A stretch of 64,000 bases of DNA from an uncultured Actinomycetota bacterium (GTDB lineage: Bacteria; Actinomycetota; Actinomycetes; JAHEKZ01), in the NCBI GenBank assembly GCA_963718235.1, contig CAVQYR010000001.1, positions 2,112,001 through 2,176,000 of the forward strand, written 5' to 3'. Shown one piece after another: positions 1-11,482 of the stretch. The position numbers and the translations under genes were made by a program. Every line of letters starts with the position of its first letter. Position 1 is the first letter of the stretch. The notes beneath the pieces were generated by a model. It did not search any database. It saw only the letters and a list, made by a program, of their open reading frames with translations, and was not told where the DNA came from.

Positions 1-726
1 TCCCTCGATGGCCTCGGTGACGACGTAGAAGTGCTCAGCCGCGTGGAGTGGCACGGTGGCTCCAACCGCCCCACCGAGCTCCCTGGCCCACATACCAGCC
101 GCGATTACCACGACATCGGCCCTGAGCTCTCCTGAGTCGTCGCCGCTGGTGTAGCTCACCCCGACGGCACGCCCGTCGACGGTGAGAACGCGGTCGACGG
201 TGACGTTCTCCGCGATAGTGACCCCCCTGGCCCTGGCCCCCTTGGCCAGAGCGTGCGTCGTGTCCACTGGGTTGGTCACCCCGTCACCGGGGAGGAACAC
301 CCCGCCCACCAGGTCGTCCACCCGAGCGTGTGGGACCAGTCCGGCGACGTCCTCGGGTGAGATCTCCTCCACAGCCAGACCGAAGACTCGAGCCATCGAC
401 GCCTGGCGCCTGAGCTCCTCCATACGCTCGGCGTTGGTCGCCACGCTCACCGACCCACGTTGCTGGAACCCAGTGGCCTGTCCTGTGTCGGACTCGAGTG
501 TGGCGAACAGCTCAGTCGTGTACTGGGCCAGGCGCGTGAGGTTGTGTGTTGCACGAAGCTGTCCGACCAGCCCGGCGGCATGCCACGTGGTCCCGCTGGT
601 GAGCTGCTTGCGCTCGAGCAGGACCACATCTGAGATCCCACGCAAAGCCAGGTGATAGGCCACGCTGCAGCCGACGATGCCGCCGCCGACGATGACGACG
701 TGAGCACGCTGTGGCAAGGCTGTCAT
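1..726 (-). CDS. FAD-dependent oxidoreductase, GcvT/dimethylglycine dehydrogenase family (runs off the left edge)
   Basis: Manual translation from ATG 726: MTALPQRAHVVIVGGGIVGCSVAYHLALRGISDVVLLERKQLTSGTTWHAAGLVGQLR, with GxGxxG and GTTWHAAG motifs; GGAGG RBS. Not in the ORF track because it has no stop in the window. Confidence 0.9.
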   Translation of the reverse strand, partial: MTALPQRAHVVIVGGGIVGCSVAYHLALRGISDVVLLERKQLTSGTTWHAAGLVGQLRATHNLTRLAQYTTELFATLESDTGQATGFQQRGSVSVATNAERMEELRRQASMARVFGLAVEEISPEDVAGLVPHARVDDLVGGVFLPGDGVTNPVDTTHALAKGARARGVTIAENVTVDRVLTVDGRAVGVSYTSGDDSGELRADVVVIAAGMWARELGGAVGATVPLHAAEHFYVVTEAIEG

Positions 727-839
727 GGGTCCTCCAGTACGGTGGCGCGATGCGGCGAGTCAGTCATTGTTGGGCCCGAGAGGCACCGTACTGGCTCCTC
801 GACCTGGAACGTGCGATGACTTCGGTTGGGTGTCGGGAG

Positions 840-1628
840 TCAGCGCTGCCAGTCGCCGAGCATCCATCGCATCGCTGCGATCGACTCCGGGTCCTTCAGC
901 TTGTAGGTGCCCCCGGCTCCGTTGTCGCGGTCCCACCAACAGGCGAACCGGGCGCGGTGTGAGCTGAGCCAGCGGGCCGTGTCCCGCATCCATCGCGCTC
1001 GACCCTCCGTGTCCCCGTCCAGGACGGTGGCACCGTACTCAGCCAGGCCCCAAGGCTTGTCGTGCCGCCTGGCCACCTTGAGGACATCGCGATACTTTTG
1101 CCGAGCCGGGATGTAGCGGCCATCCCGCTGGTGCACCTTGCCGTCGAACCCCAGCACGTCGATGAACCTGTCACCGGGGTAGTAGGTCCTCCAACGGTGC
1201 ATTGCCAGGTTGGCGATCATGTCGATGTAGGTAGCCCGAAGGCTTCGCGGTCCGTAGCGGTTCGCGATCCGGACGATGTGCCGCCACGCCTTCACGTAGA
1301 CGCCGGGATTACTCGCGTAGTTGTCGGATGGCTCGTGCCAGTACGCCCACCAGATCCGCACACCGTGCGGCGCTGACCGGAACCACCTCGTGAGCCGAGC
1401 ATCATGCTTGCCTGCGACCACCTCGGCAGCCGGCAACTTGAAGGAGACGACCTGGGGGCGGTGGAGCCAACCGTGCGGGGGGCCGGAGTTGAAGATGCGG
1501 ACCACGTCGAGCCGTCCGTACTTGGCGTCGGCTGCAGCCGGCCCATCCGGGACGGAGGCACCGAAGTTGGTGGCCCAGGCAGGTCCAGCACCCAGCAGCA
1601 GGACGACGGAAACCGCTAGGGCAACCAT
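840..1628 (-). CDS. Secreted glycoside hydrolase, GH26-like
   Basis: Signal peptide MVALAVSVVLLLGAGPAWA; motifs YWHEP, YVKAWRHIV, YYPGDRFIDVLGFDG, KPWGLAEYG. Start may be 1628 or 1673. Confidence 0.75.
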   Translation of the reverse strand: MVALAVSVVLLLGAGPAWATNFGASVPDGPAAADAKYGRLDVVRIFNSGPPHGWLHRPQVVSFKLPAAEVVAGKHDARLTRWFRSAPHGVRIWWAYWHEPSDNYASNPGVYVKAWRHIVRIANRYGPRSLRATYIDMIANLAMHRWRTYYPGDRFIDVLGFDGKVHQRDGRYIPARQKYRDVLKVARRHDKPWGLAEYGATVLDGDTEGRARWMRDTARWLSSHRARFACWWDRDNGAGGTYKLKDPESIAAMRWMLGDWQR

Positions 1629-1782
1629 GTGCCGGGCTACACCCGTTCCTCGATGGTCCGTCGCCGTAGTCATCGGGAGCAATTCTATCGCCGGCGTCCG
1701 CTCGCTCGGCTGCACGCGCTACGGCGGGTCGGAGCATCCAGGATGGTCCGGGCGGCTCTCTCGGCGTCGAGACCTGACCCGG

Positions 1783-2295
1783 GCTGCTGACCCAAAGGCA
1801 GCGCTGCTCGACGACGCCGGCGTCGAAAGCGGGTGCGACCTCTCGGTCGATGGTGGCGTACCCGCGACCACCCCGAACGCCGGACCCTACGCCGGCTCGC
1901 CTGGCTGGATCACCAGCTCAACCACGCTCGGCTGTTCGCGTGGGTGGACGGTGGTTGAGTACGCGGCGCGACGGCAGGTCATCGACGCTGACGGCACCAG
2001 AGGAATCCGCTTCATCGACGGACGCTGGCGTTGGGTCACCGCTACACCGTCGCCCGATCCGGTTCAGTACATCGCCGAGGGGCGGATCAGTCCATGCCTG
2101 CTGAGGACCGATGGCTCTCTACGGTACTCAGGAGCATCAGACCGCCCTTGGCTGCTGCGCCGAGGAACCCACCCGTTCATCATCGGTGGCTGGGCCAAGG
2201 TCAACGAGAGCACGTTCGACCGTCACCCGCACATGGACCCGGTGGAAACCATCATCTCCGTGACCTGCACCCGAGAGCGTCGACCCTTCCGGTAG
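1783..2295 (+). pseudogene. N-terminally truncated paralogue of the secreted protein at 7489-8082
   Basis: Shares SGC, GPYAGSPGW, DGTRG, ATPSPDP, ISPC, PWLL.RG.H.F..GG.AKVNE and VTCTRERR.FR with 7489-8082, but no credible in-frame start or signal peptide precedes it. Left boundary approximate. Confidence 0.6.
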
Positions 2296-2498
2296 CAGGA
2301 AGACCCTCTCGCCCACGAGCCCCCAGCGCTGCTCACGAGCGCTTGCTCGTCCTTCACCATGCCCGACCGGGTCGGGCATGGACAACTGACCTCATCGGGA
2401 GCGGTCCAGTCTTCGTGGCCGACATCGACACGGTGAAACTGCGATCGCCTTGGGCTGGTTGGATGTCTTGGTGAAGACCGACCTATCGGAGGAAGGCC

Positions 2499-2831
2499 AT
2501 GGCCGACAACTCACAGCAAGCGTGGAGTCAGGTGGGCGAGAAGTTCTCGTCCTGGGGACGCCGAGTCGCGGTCCACTACCGAGACGCCGGTGAAGCCACC
2601 TCCACGAGCGCCCAGGACGCCGAGAAGGAGCTGCAGCGGTTCGCCAAGGAGGTGGTGGACGAACTGTCCAAGGGATTCACGACCGTGAGCAAGACGTTGA
2701 GCGACGACCAGGCAAGCCAAGAACTGGGGGCGGCCTTCAACGCTATCGGGGACGCGATCACCGCGACGGTGAACGAAGCCAGCCGGGCGATCCGTTCTGG
2801 CAGTTCCAGGGACCAGTCGCCGCCTGACTGA
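2499..2831 (+). CDS. Hypothetical helical protein
   Basis: GGAGGAAGG RBS, 110-aa ORF with coding-like GC3, followed by a CAGCACC-CTTC-GGTGCTG hairpin. Confidence 0.75.
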   Translation: MADNSQQAWSQVGEKFSSWGRRVAVHYRDAGEATSTSAQDAEKELQRFAKEVVDELSKGFTTVSKTLSDDQASQELGAAFNAIGDAITATVNEASRAIRSGSSRDQSPPD

Positions 2832-2965
2832 TCAGCACCCTTCGGTGCTGCCGAACCAGCGTGGCGACGCTGCGGAGACAGACCTTCGTTGAGTTCCGCT
2901 AGCGCCGCCCGCAGGGTGACGAGCGACAGCAGACTCACGACTCAGCACAGTCGAGTGGACGCCGA

Positions 2966-3187
2966 TCAGGAGCCCTTGCTCTTGGCGGCCTTGACGGCGT
3001 CAGCGGACAGCTTCCCGATCACAGCTGCTCGGGTCATCGGGTCTAGCGCGTCGAGCTGAGCCTCGATGTCCGTGGCGGTGTCGCTTGCGACCTGGCGCAT
3101 CCTCCGAACCCGGATGACGACAACCACGATCCCGGCCGCGGTCGCGACGACCAGCGTCACGGCCAGGAATCTTCTGGACCGGCTCAT
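2966..3187 (-). CDS. Small membrane-anchored hypothetical protein
   Basis: GGGAG RBS; single N-terminal hydrophobic helix; 73 aa. Confidence 0.65.
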   Translation of the reverse strand: MSRSRRFLAVTLVVATAAGIVVVVIRVRRMRQVASDTATDIEAQLDALDPMTRAAVIGKLSADAVKAAKSKGS

Positions 3188-3374
3188 CGCTGCTCCCTAG
3201 ATCGCGGACATCGGGTCGAACGACTCAGTCCAAAGGTAGTCGCCCACAAACACCGACTGAACTCTGTGCGACCGTTCCCAGTGCACGAGCAGTTTGAGCC
3301 CGGCGAACGGTGCGACATCTGGTAAGGACAGCGGGGCCCTCTCCACAATCAGTCTTTACGGACGGAACACACCC

Positions 3375-3441
3375 TAGCGGCCCTGAGGTGCCTGGCCCCG
3401 GCTAAGTCCGAGGGCTCCACCCTTAGCCGGTGCGGGCCGCT
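3375..3441. terminator. Nested inverted repeat after the pentapeptide-repeat gene
   Basis: Outer arms TAGCGGCCC/GGGCCGCTA and inner arms CCGGCTAAG/CTTAGCCGG, starting at the stop codon. Confidence 0.5.
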
Positions 3442-5053
3442 ACCGGGTGAATCGGAACTGTGCGGAGTGCCAGATCCCGTCGCCGAGGTTGATGCTGAGG
3501 GTGCGGCAGGTGCCGGCCCAAGTCGATCGGGTTGGGAAGACGTAGCGGTAGTCACCGCCTCGGACCCGGGTCAGACCGGGGCGCCGGGGGGTGTAGGTCT
3601 CGATCCGGTCGGTCGGGGCCGCAGTGTGGCACCGGTGAACCTTGGCACGGGCGTTGGCGTAGGAGACTCCGCGGACCGGGGCGCCGTTGGCGTCGAACAC
3701 CGAGAAGTTGAACGGGATCTTGCGTCCGGCGATGGCCTTGTTGACAACCCGCCCGTTGTTGACTGGTGCCCGGAACTTCGACACTCCGTAGACCACCCGG
3801 TAGTTGCACCGGGCACTGGCCGGGTTGCCGGCGGCGTCTTCGCCGGAGACGGTCACCGTCCTGGGCCCGACGCGGGAGGTGCGAGCGTTCGCACTGACCG
3901 TGGTCGAGGCGGGTGCTGTTTCGTCGGTCAGCGTGGCAGTCACTGTCGCGGGTGACTTGTTCAGCCGGAACCTGGGCGCAGGCTGGTTGCAGGTCACGAC
4001 CGGAGGGGTGGTGTCCTTCGGCGGGGTGTAGGTCAGGCAACCACCCTCGATGCTGTACCCGGCCGGCAGCACCAGTGGGATCCCGCGGATCTGGCAGCCG
4101 CTGGCGTTGGTGAGGTCAGCCCCGGTCAGGTCGGTGAAGTCAAGGTCGGCTCCGGCCAGACTGGCTCCTACCAGGGTGGATCGGCGCATGTCTGCGTAGG
4201 CCAGGTCCGCGTCGGTCAGATCCACCCCGTTGAGGTTGCTGCCGCGCAGGTCGGCCCGGGCCAGCTTGGCGTTAGACAGGTTCGCGTTGTTCACACTCGA
4301 CCGGGTCAGGTTGGCCCGCCGCAGGTCAGCACCAGACAGGTTCGCGTTGTTCAGGGTCGCGTCAGAGATGATCGCGGTGGACAGGTCAGCGCCGGACAGG
4401 TCAGCGTTGGTCATGGTTGTTCCCGACAGGTCCGCGCCGGACAGTGCAGCGCCAGAAAGATCGGCGGCAGGCCCGACCAGGTAACCGGCGACGATCACCC
4501 ACGGTGTGGGCAACGCAGTGGGCGTGCCGGTGACACCCCCCGACCGCACCCGCACCAGCGTCGCCCGGGTCAGGTTCGCCCGGACCACGCTGACACCTGC
4601 AAGGTCAGCACCGGTCAGGTCAGCACCACGCAGGTCACCGTCGTTGAGGTTCGCGCCGGTCAGCTTGATGTTGACAAGCACGGCTTCGGTCAGGTTCACG
4701 TCGCTTAGGCTCGCCCCGGTCAGGTTGGCCCCGGTCAGGTTCGCATCGATCAACGCCGCTGCGTCCATGTCCGCCGCGGACAGGTTCGCCGCGGACAGAT
4801 TGGCACGGCGCAGATCAGCGCCCGCCAGGTTCGCGCCGGCCAAGTTGCAACCCGACCAGTCCACATCGGCCGTGGGAGCTGGGGTCACGTCGCCGGTCAT
4901 CGGATCCACGCTCGGACACACAGCCGCAGACGCATGCGGGGCGGTCATTAGAGCCACCGGCAACAGCAGACTCAGCAAGCCCAGGGCAGCCCCGCGCAGA
5001 CGCCTCTGTGTTGGCGCAGCACTGGCAGATACGAACTCTCGACTGTCGTTCAT
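3440..5053 (-). CDS. Secreted pentapeptide-repeat protein with Ig-like and C-terminal PxKF-like domains
   Basis: Signal peptide; many A(D/N)LxG repeats; DTTPPVVTC module; C-terminal F.APVNN...NKAIAGRKIPFNF. Start uncertain. Confidence 0.85.
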   Translation of the reverse strand: MNDSREFVSASAAPTQRRLRGAALGLLSLLLPVALMTAPHASAAVCPSVDPMTGDVTPAPTADVDWSGCNLAGANLAGADLRRANLSAANLSAADMDAAALIDANLTGANLTGASLSDVNLTEAVLVNIKLTGANLNDGDLRGADLTGADLAGVSVVRANLTRATLVRVRSGGVTGTPTALPTPWVIVAGYLVGPAADLSGAALSGADLSGTTMTNADLSGADLSTAIISDATLNNANLSGADLRRANLTRSSVNNANLSNAKLARADLRGSNLNGVDLTDADLAYADMRRSTLVGASLAGADLDFTDLTGADLTNASGCQIRGIPLVLPAGYSIEGGCLTYTPPKDTTPPVVTCNQPAPRFRLNKSPATVTATLTDETAPASTTVSANARTSRVGPRTVTVSGEDAAGNPASARCNYRVVYGVSKFRAPVNNGRVVNKAIAGRKIPFNFSVFDANGAPVRGVSYANARAKVHRCHTAAPTDRIETYTPRRPGLTRVRGGDYRYVFPTRSTWAGTCRTLSINLGDGIWHSAQFRFTR

Positions 5054-5591
5054 GAGCGGTGCCCCGTTCCCCGTTGTCTGACTTAGTGCTGACCGTAGGA
5101 GACCAAGGCGTCTACGGCGATGGGCCAAAGACCCCTCCCCTCTAGTTCGCGAATGCGCGGCTGAAGCGGTCCGTCACCCAGTCGGGGCAACCCAGATGAC
5201 CTTCAGTGCCCTACCCGCTACCCACCGATGCCGCATCGAGTCACGTCGGCGACGCTGGGTGGCGCCCACTCCGTCGATTCACAATTCCGCAGTCGAGCCT
5301 GGCGGGCCACGGGCACCAGCCCCGGGGCCAGCAGTGTCGTGCCGATGACGTCAGCTACGGCTGAAGGCGAAATCGTCCACGTACACCGTGGCGTTGAGAC
5401 TGGTCGCGAGCACCTGGTTCTCGAAGTGACACGGCTGCGTTTCGCAGGCATTCGCCGCAGTTGTGGACTCTCCAGTCGTGCACTTCGGCTGCGTCAGTGC
5501 GTCGGAGGATTGCTGACTAGTCCGAACACATCTGGTCCTCGTGGGCACACGGTGGGACCATTGAACCCTCGTCCGAATTCGGGGTGAAGAC

Positions 5592-6687
5592 ATGAGGCAC
5601 GCAGCGGCCCTGTTCGCGGGCAGCCTGTTCGTCTTCTCAGCGCTGTCGATTGCCGGACCGGGTCTCGCCCACGGTGTATCCCCGGTCGTGCCCGTCGCAG
5701 GCGGGTTCGACGGCCCGCTGCAGATCGACGTCGGGGCGTCGGGCCAGGTGTACGTCGGCCAGGCCTTCACCGGAACCCTGACGAAGATTCGGCCGAACAG
5801 CACCACCAAGGACCTGGTCTCGGTCCCGGGTCAGGAGATCACTGGCGTCGCCTCGCGGGGCAACGACGTTGCCTTCACCTGGACCAACGGCGACCCTGAC
5901 CACCCAGCGGCCGAGCTGCGCCTGCGGACGGCAGATGGCAGAGTCCGGACGATCGCCAACCTGTACGCCTACGAGAAGAGGCAGAACCCGGACGCGGTCA
6001 ACGTGTACGGGTTCAAGACACTGTCAGCTCGGTGCGCGGCTAGGGTCCCAGCCGAGCTCGGCGGGGGGAAGCCGTACACCGGGGTCGTCGACTCGCACCC
6101 GTACGCCGTGGCCAACGCCCCTGACGGTGGCTGGTACGTGGCCGACGCCGGTGCCAACGACATCCTGTACGTGTCGCCCACCGGCAAGGTGCAGACCTCG
6201 AACATCATGCACCGGATCAAGGTTACTGTGACGACAGCCATCGCGCGGCACCTGGGGCTGCCGGCCTGCACCGTCAACCAGGGCTACTCCTTCGAGCCAG
6301 TGCCCACTGATGTGGAGGTGACATCGGACGGGAACGTGCTGTACATCAGTCTGCTGCCGGGCGGCCCCGAAGACCTCAGCATCGGTCCGCCGCGGCCAGG
6401 TGGTCCATACGTATCCATGCGCAGGCTGTTCGATCGCGGATCAGCTGGGCGACCAGAACCGCTTGGGCGTCAACTTTGCCGGCGCCTCGAACGTGGCGGT
6501 CGGCGGCCCTGGCAACCGGCTGTACGTCTCCGAGTTGTTCGGCGACGACGTCTTGGTCCGCAAGGGCGGAGTCTGGGAAACCTTCGTCGAGCTACCGGCG
6601 CCGGCGTCGATCGAGGTCGTGGGGAGCACCCTGTACGTCGCCTACGACGTCTTCGGCGACGGGAAGGTCGCGAAGATCGCGCTCTAA
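5592..6687 (+). pseudogene. ScyD/ScyE-family secreted beta-propeller protein, +1 frameshift near 6388
   Basis: DSHPYAV, YVADAGANDIL, EPVPTDV and LPGGPED in one frame; FAGASNVAVG...LYVSELFG continues in the frame of ORF 6400-6687. Confidence 0.8.
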
Positions 6688-6816
6688 CGACCACGACCAC
6701 GGGAGCGGGCCATGCAGGGCCCCCAGAGCCCCGGGCGGCGGCGCAACCCAGAATGGCCCGGCCTTCGGTGCCCTTGGGTGTCACCTGACCGGTCGATCCA
6801 TCGAGATCGTTCAACA

Positions 6817-7492
6817 ATGACTGATCGCCCCCGCCCTGCATGGAACACTTCAGCCGCGGATGGGCAAGCTGAGACCGCCCGATCGGTGATGGGTGTCAAG
6901 TCCTGGGGTCAAGTCCGGATTCCGGAAGACTTGCTGGAGGCCGACCTGCCGCCGCCAACGGATGCGCGATCCTCCTTCATCCATGGAGACATCCCCAAGG
7001 ATTGGCATCGGGGGGTCGTGAAGCGGGTTCGAGAGGTGACGGACGCACGTCGTCAGCTGAACGGGTTGCGACGGGGGTAGCCGGTGGACGACATGGAGGC
7101 CCTGATCTAACGTCTCCGACGTGGCCCTTTCTCTCTTCTACACGATGCTGCCCGCCGCTCTCGAGGAGGACTTGCTTGACGAGTGGACTGTCGTTCAGTT
7201 GCGGGCTGACTGGGAGCGACGGGCTGACGAGGTGTTGCGTGTTTGGGGAGGCGAGCCCTTCGACGCCGAGCAGTCTGACCCACAGCAGAATCCCGAGGCC
7301 GCATCATCCGAGGGTGACGTGACCCATCAGCAGGCGCTGGGGATCCTGAGTCACTGCCTGAAGCAGCGCTTCGATGCACCCCCAAGTCCGTGCTCCAGGG
7401 GTCTTCGTGGCGTTCAAAGACGGCGACATGGCGCCGTTCAAGACGCATTCCAGCAATCGCCAGACCCAGAACAGACCACGGGGGAATCATGA
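6817..7492 (+). other. Two short low-confidence ORFs (6817-7080, 7121-7492), possibly remnants of one decayed gene
   Basis: Protein-like composition but no recognisable family; atypical codon usage. Confidence 0.3.
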
Positions 7493-8082
7493 TCAAACGA
7501 GTCCTTGGACTATCCGCCGTGCTGGCCTTCGCCCTGGCCACACCTGCGTACGCGGCCTGGGTACGGCCATCCAGCGCACCGCTGCTCGACCGGGAAGGCG
7601 TCGACAGCGGCTGTGTCGCGTGGGTCACCGGAGGTGACCCTTCGCACGGACCGACCGAGGGCCCCTACGCCGGCTCACCAGGGTGGGTGAACACCCGCGT
7701 CGACCTGGTGTGCGCACACCACTGGCGGGCCGACCAGCTGGGGTACCGGTGGCAGGTAGTCAGCAAAGACGGCACCAGGGGAGCTGTCTTCCAGGGCGGT
7801 GACGCTCGGTCGTGGCTACCCGACGACGCCACCCCATCACCCGACCCGTTCACCACCGCGGCCTACACCGAGATCAGCCCCTGCATGCTCAAGAGCGATG
7901 GATCGCTCCACCTCCCGGGCACCTCAGACCTCCCCTGGCTGCTCACCCGAGGTGCGCACCAGTTCCTCCTGGGCGGGTACGCCAAAGTCAACGAGTACAA
8001 AGCCGACCTGCACCCCTACAAGGCCACCGTCGAGAAGCAGATCACCGTGACCTGCACCCGAGAGCGCCGCGGATTCCGGTAG
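7489..8082 (+). CDS. Secreted hypothetical protein with four Cys
   Basis: GGGGAA RBS; signal peptide MIKRVLGLSAVLAFALATPAYA; paralogue at 1783-2295. Confidence 0.85.
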   Translation: MIKRVLGLSAVLAFALATPAYAAWVRPSSAPLLDREGVDSGCVAWVTGGDPSHGPTEGPYAGSPGWVNTRVDLVCAHHWRADQLGYRWQVVSKDGTRGAVFQGGDARSWLPDDATPSPDPFTTAAYTEISPCMLKSDGSLHLPGTSDLPWLLTRGAHQFLLGGYAKVNEYKADLHPYKATVEKQITVTCTRERRGFR

Positions 8083-8192
8083 GGCGAGTGACCCCGCCAA
8101 CGATTCCTCGTTGAGGCAGTCGCCGCCTGGACCCGGTGGCCCGCAGCATGAGGCCTCTGGCCCGCGAACCCGTGGTCTTTGCGCCGAAAGCG

Positions 8193-9818
<1,626 letters not shown>

Positions 9819-10020
9819 CGGGGAGCTAGCCTCCTCGGGCGTCGGTCAACGGGCAGGGTCGACCCACTCGCGAACGGTCAGGGATCGATCGAAGGCGCAT
9901 CCGCCTCGACGTCGTGGGTGACATTGTAGTCAGTCGTTCATGAGCCGCTGGACGCGCCCACCGGCCTCCCACGCCTCGGAGGAACGGCTCAGACCCCGCC
10001 GTTGTTCCGCCCGGGCTGGG

Positions 10021-10425
10021 TCAGTCAGGCGACTTGACCGCGAGCACGGGGCAGTTGGCGTCCAGGAGCACCCGCTGCGCCTGGCTGCCCAGGAGCAGCT
10101 TTCCGACCGGAGAGCGCCGGCGCAGGCCGATCACGATCAGCTCCGCGGCGTACTCCTCCGCCACGTCGATGATGTCGGCGGCCGGCTCGTTGCCCCGGAC
10201 CAGACCCCGCACCTCGTGCGGCACCCCGGCTTCGACCAGCTGGTCCCCGAGCCGCTTGAGGTCGGCAGCCTCGTCGGCCATGTCGTCGTCCTCGGTACCC
10301 ACACCACCCTTGTGGGAGATGACCGCCACGACCGTGGCGCCACGCAGCTTCGCCTCGTCGATGGCTCGACGCAGGGCGGCCTCGCCCTCAGGCTTGGCGA
10401 CGTACCCGACGACGATGGTCGTCAT
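10021..10425 (-). CDS. Universal stress protein
   Basis: TIVVGY at the N-terminus; LIVIGLRRRSPVGKLLLGSQAQRVLLDANCPVLAVK. Confidence 0.95.
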   Translation of the reverse strand: MTTIVVGYVAKPEGEAALRRAIDEAKLRGATVVAVISHKGGVGTEDDDMADEAADLKRLGDQLVEAGVPHEVRGLVRGNEPAADIIDVAEEYAAELIVIGLRRRSPVGKLLLGSQAQRVLLDANCPVLAVKSPD

Positions 10426-10522
10426 CGCGACCTCCCTGGATCACCGCCGTAGCGGCTCGTGCCCCACTCCGCGGGGTTCCGCGGTGCTTGCGACCGTACC
10501 GGATCGGTGGCCGCAAAGGGTC

Positions 10523-11407
10523 TTAGTCGGACACCAGAACGGCGCGGGCCTCGTGCACGACAAGGGGAAGCGGACCCGCGGACTGCTCGACCGGAGCCCC
10601 GCTGACCGGGAAGGGCCCGAGCCCGTCGATGGTGAACCAACCCTGCCATCGGCTGCTGACCTGGACCGAGACCGTGCCCGGCCGGGTGTAGGTGTGGCTG
10701 ACCGACCGGTTCGGCCACGGCCCACCGGGCTGGTCGGTAACCAGCTCACCGCCGTCACCGAACTGCCACCGCCAGGACGCGCGGGCGTCGAGGACCACCG
10801 CGAAACCGACCAGGTCGAATCGGCGGGTGTCCAGGCGAGCCGGCTGCCCGGAGGCGAACAGGGTGGGGAGGTTCACGACCGTGCCACCCGGTGGCTGGTA
10901 GGTCGGCTCGAGCCTGGGGACCCGCTCGATGACGACGTCGGCCAGCCGGTCCGCGACGTCGTCGACGGTCAGCGGCGCACCGTTGACACAGACCGAGCCC
11001 ACCACGACCCAGGAGAGTCCCGGGGGACGTGCCAGCAGCACGACCATGCGCCGCTCCCCCACCGGGCAAGACGTGGCAGCCGGCCCACAGCCGACGCCCC
11101 CGACGTCGTCCCGCTTGCACACGGGCACCAGCGCCCACTGGCAGTCGGGGCACGCGGCCGCGTCGGAGCGGTCGATCGAGCTGCCGGTGAACGAGTCGGC
11201 CGGAAGCAGCAGGCCACCCGTGCCGACGAACGCCGCGTGCTGCAGGTCGGTGTCCACGTCGACACAGCCCTCGGGGGTGGGCACGCAGTCGGTGGGCTCG
11301 GCTCGTGCTGGGGACGCGAGACCGGGGGCCAGCCCCGCCAGGACGACGACGACCAGCAGGAGCAGGACCCGCGTGGGTCCCAGCACGGTGCGAACGCCCC
11401 CGATCAC
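10523..11407 (-). CDS. Secreted Cys-containing protein with a C-terminal PKD-like domain
   Basis: Signal peptide ending ARA; WRWQFGDG, VSHTYTRPG. Start approximate. Confidence 0.8.
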   Translation of the reverse strand: MIGGVRTVLGPTRVLLLLVVVVLAGLAPGLASPARAEPTDCVPTPEGCVDVDTDLQHAAFVGTGGLLLPADSFTGSSIDRSDAAACPDCQWALVPVCKRDDVGGVGCGPAATSCPVGERRMVVLLARPPGLSWVVVGSVCVNGAPLTVDDVADRLADVVIERVPRLEPTYQPPGGTVVNLPTLFASGQPARLDTRRFDLVGFAVVLDARASWRWQFGDGGELVTDQPGGPWPNRSVSHTYTRPGTVSVQVSSRWQGWFTIDGLGPFPVSGAPVEQSAGPLPLVVHEARAVLVSD

Positions 11408-11482
11408 GGCCAGGACTGTAGGACGACACCCACCGGCGATGCAGTCGTCATCCACACCCGCGACCCCGACGGAGCACACTCG

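Noticed and set aside
727-840. Glycine riboswitch upstream of the GcvT-family gene
   Set aside because: The conserved GGAGA / CCGAAG / CUCUCAGG set is not present and the region is short.
4100-4860. 15-bp periodic CAGGTC/CAGGTT repeats
   Set aside because: These encode the pentapeptide repeats; there are no spacers, so this is not a CRISPR array.
5351-5560. Minus-strand ORF ending ATVYVDDFAFSRS
   Set aside because: Possibly a remnant of a carbohydrate-binding domain, but there is no start and too little support to call it.
2295-8130. Integron-like cassette array
   Set aside because: Hairpins follow several genes, but there are no matched RYYYAAC/GTTRRRY ends, gene orientations are mixed and no integrase is present.
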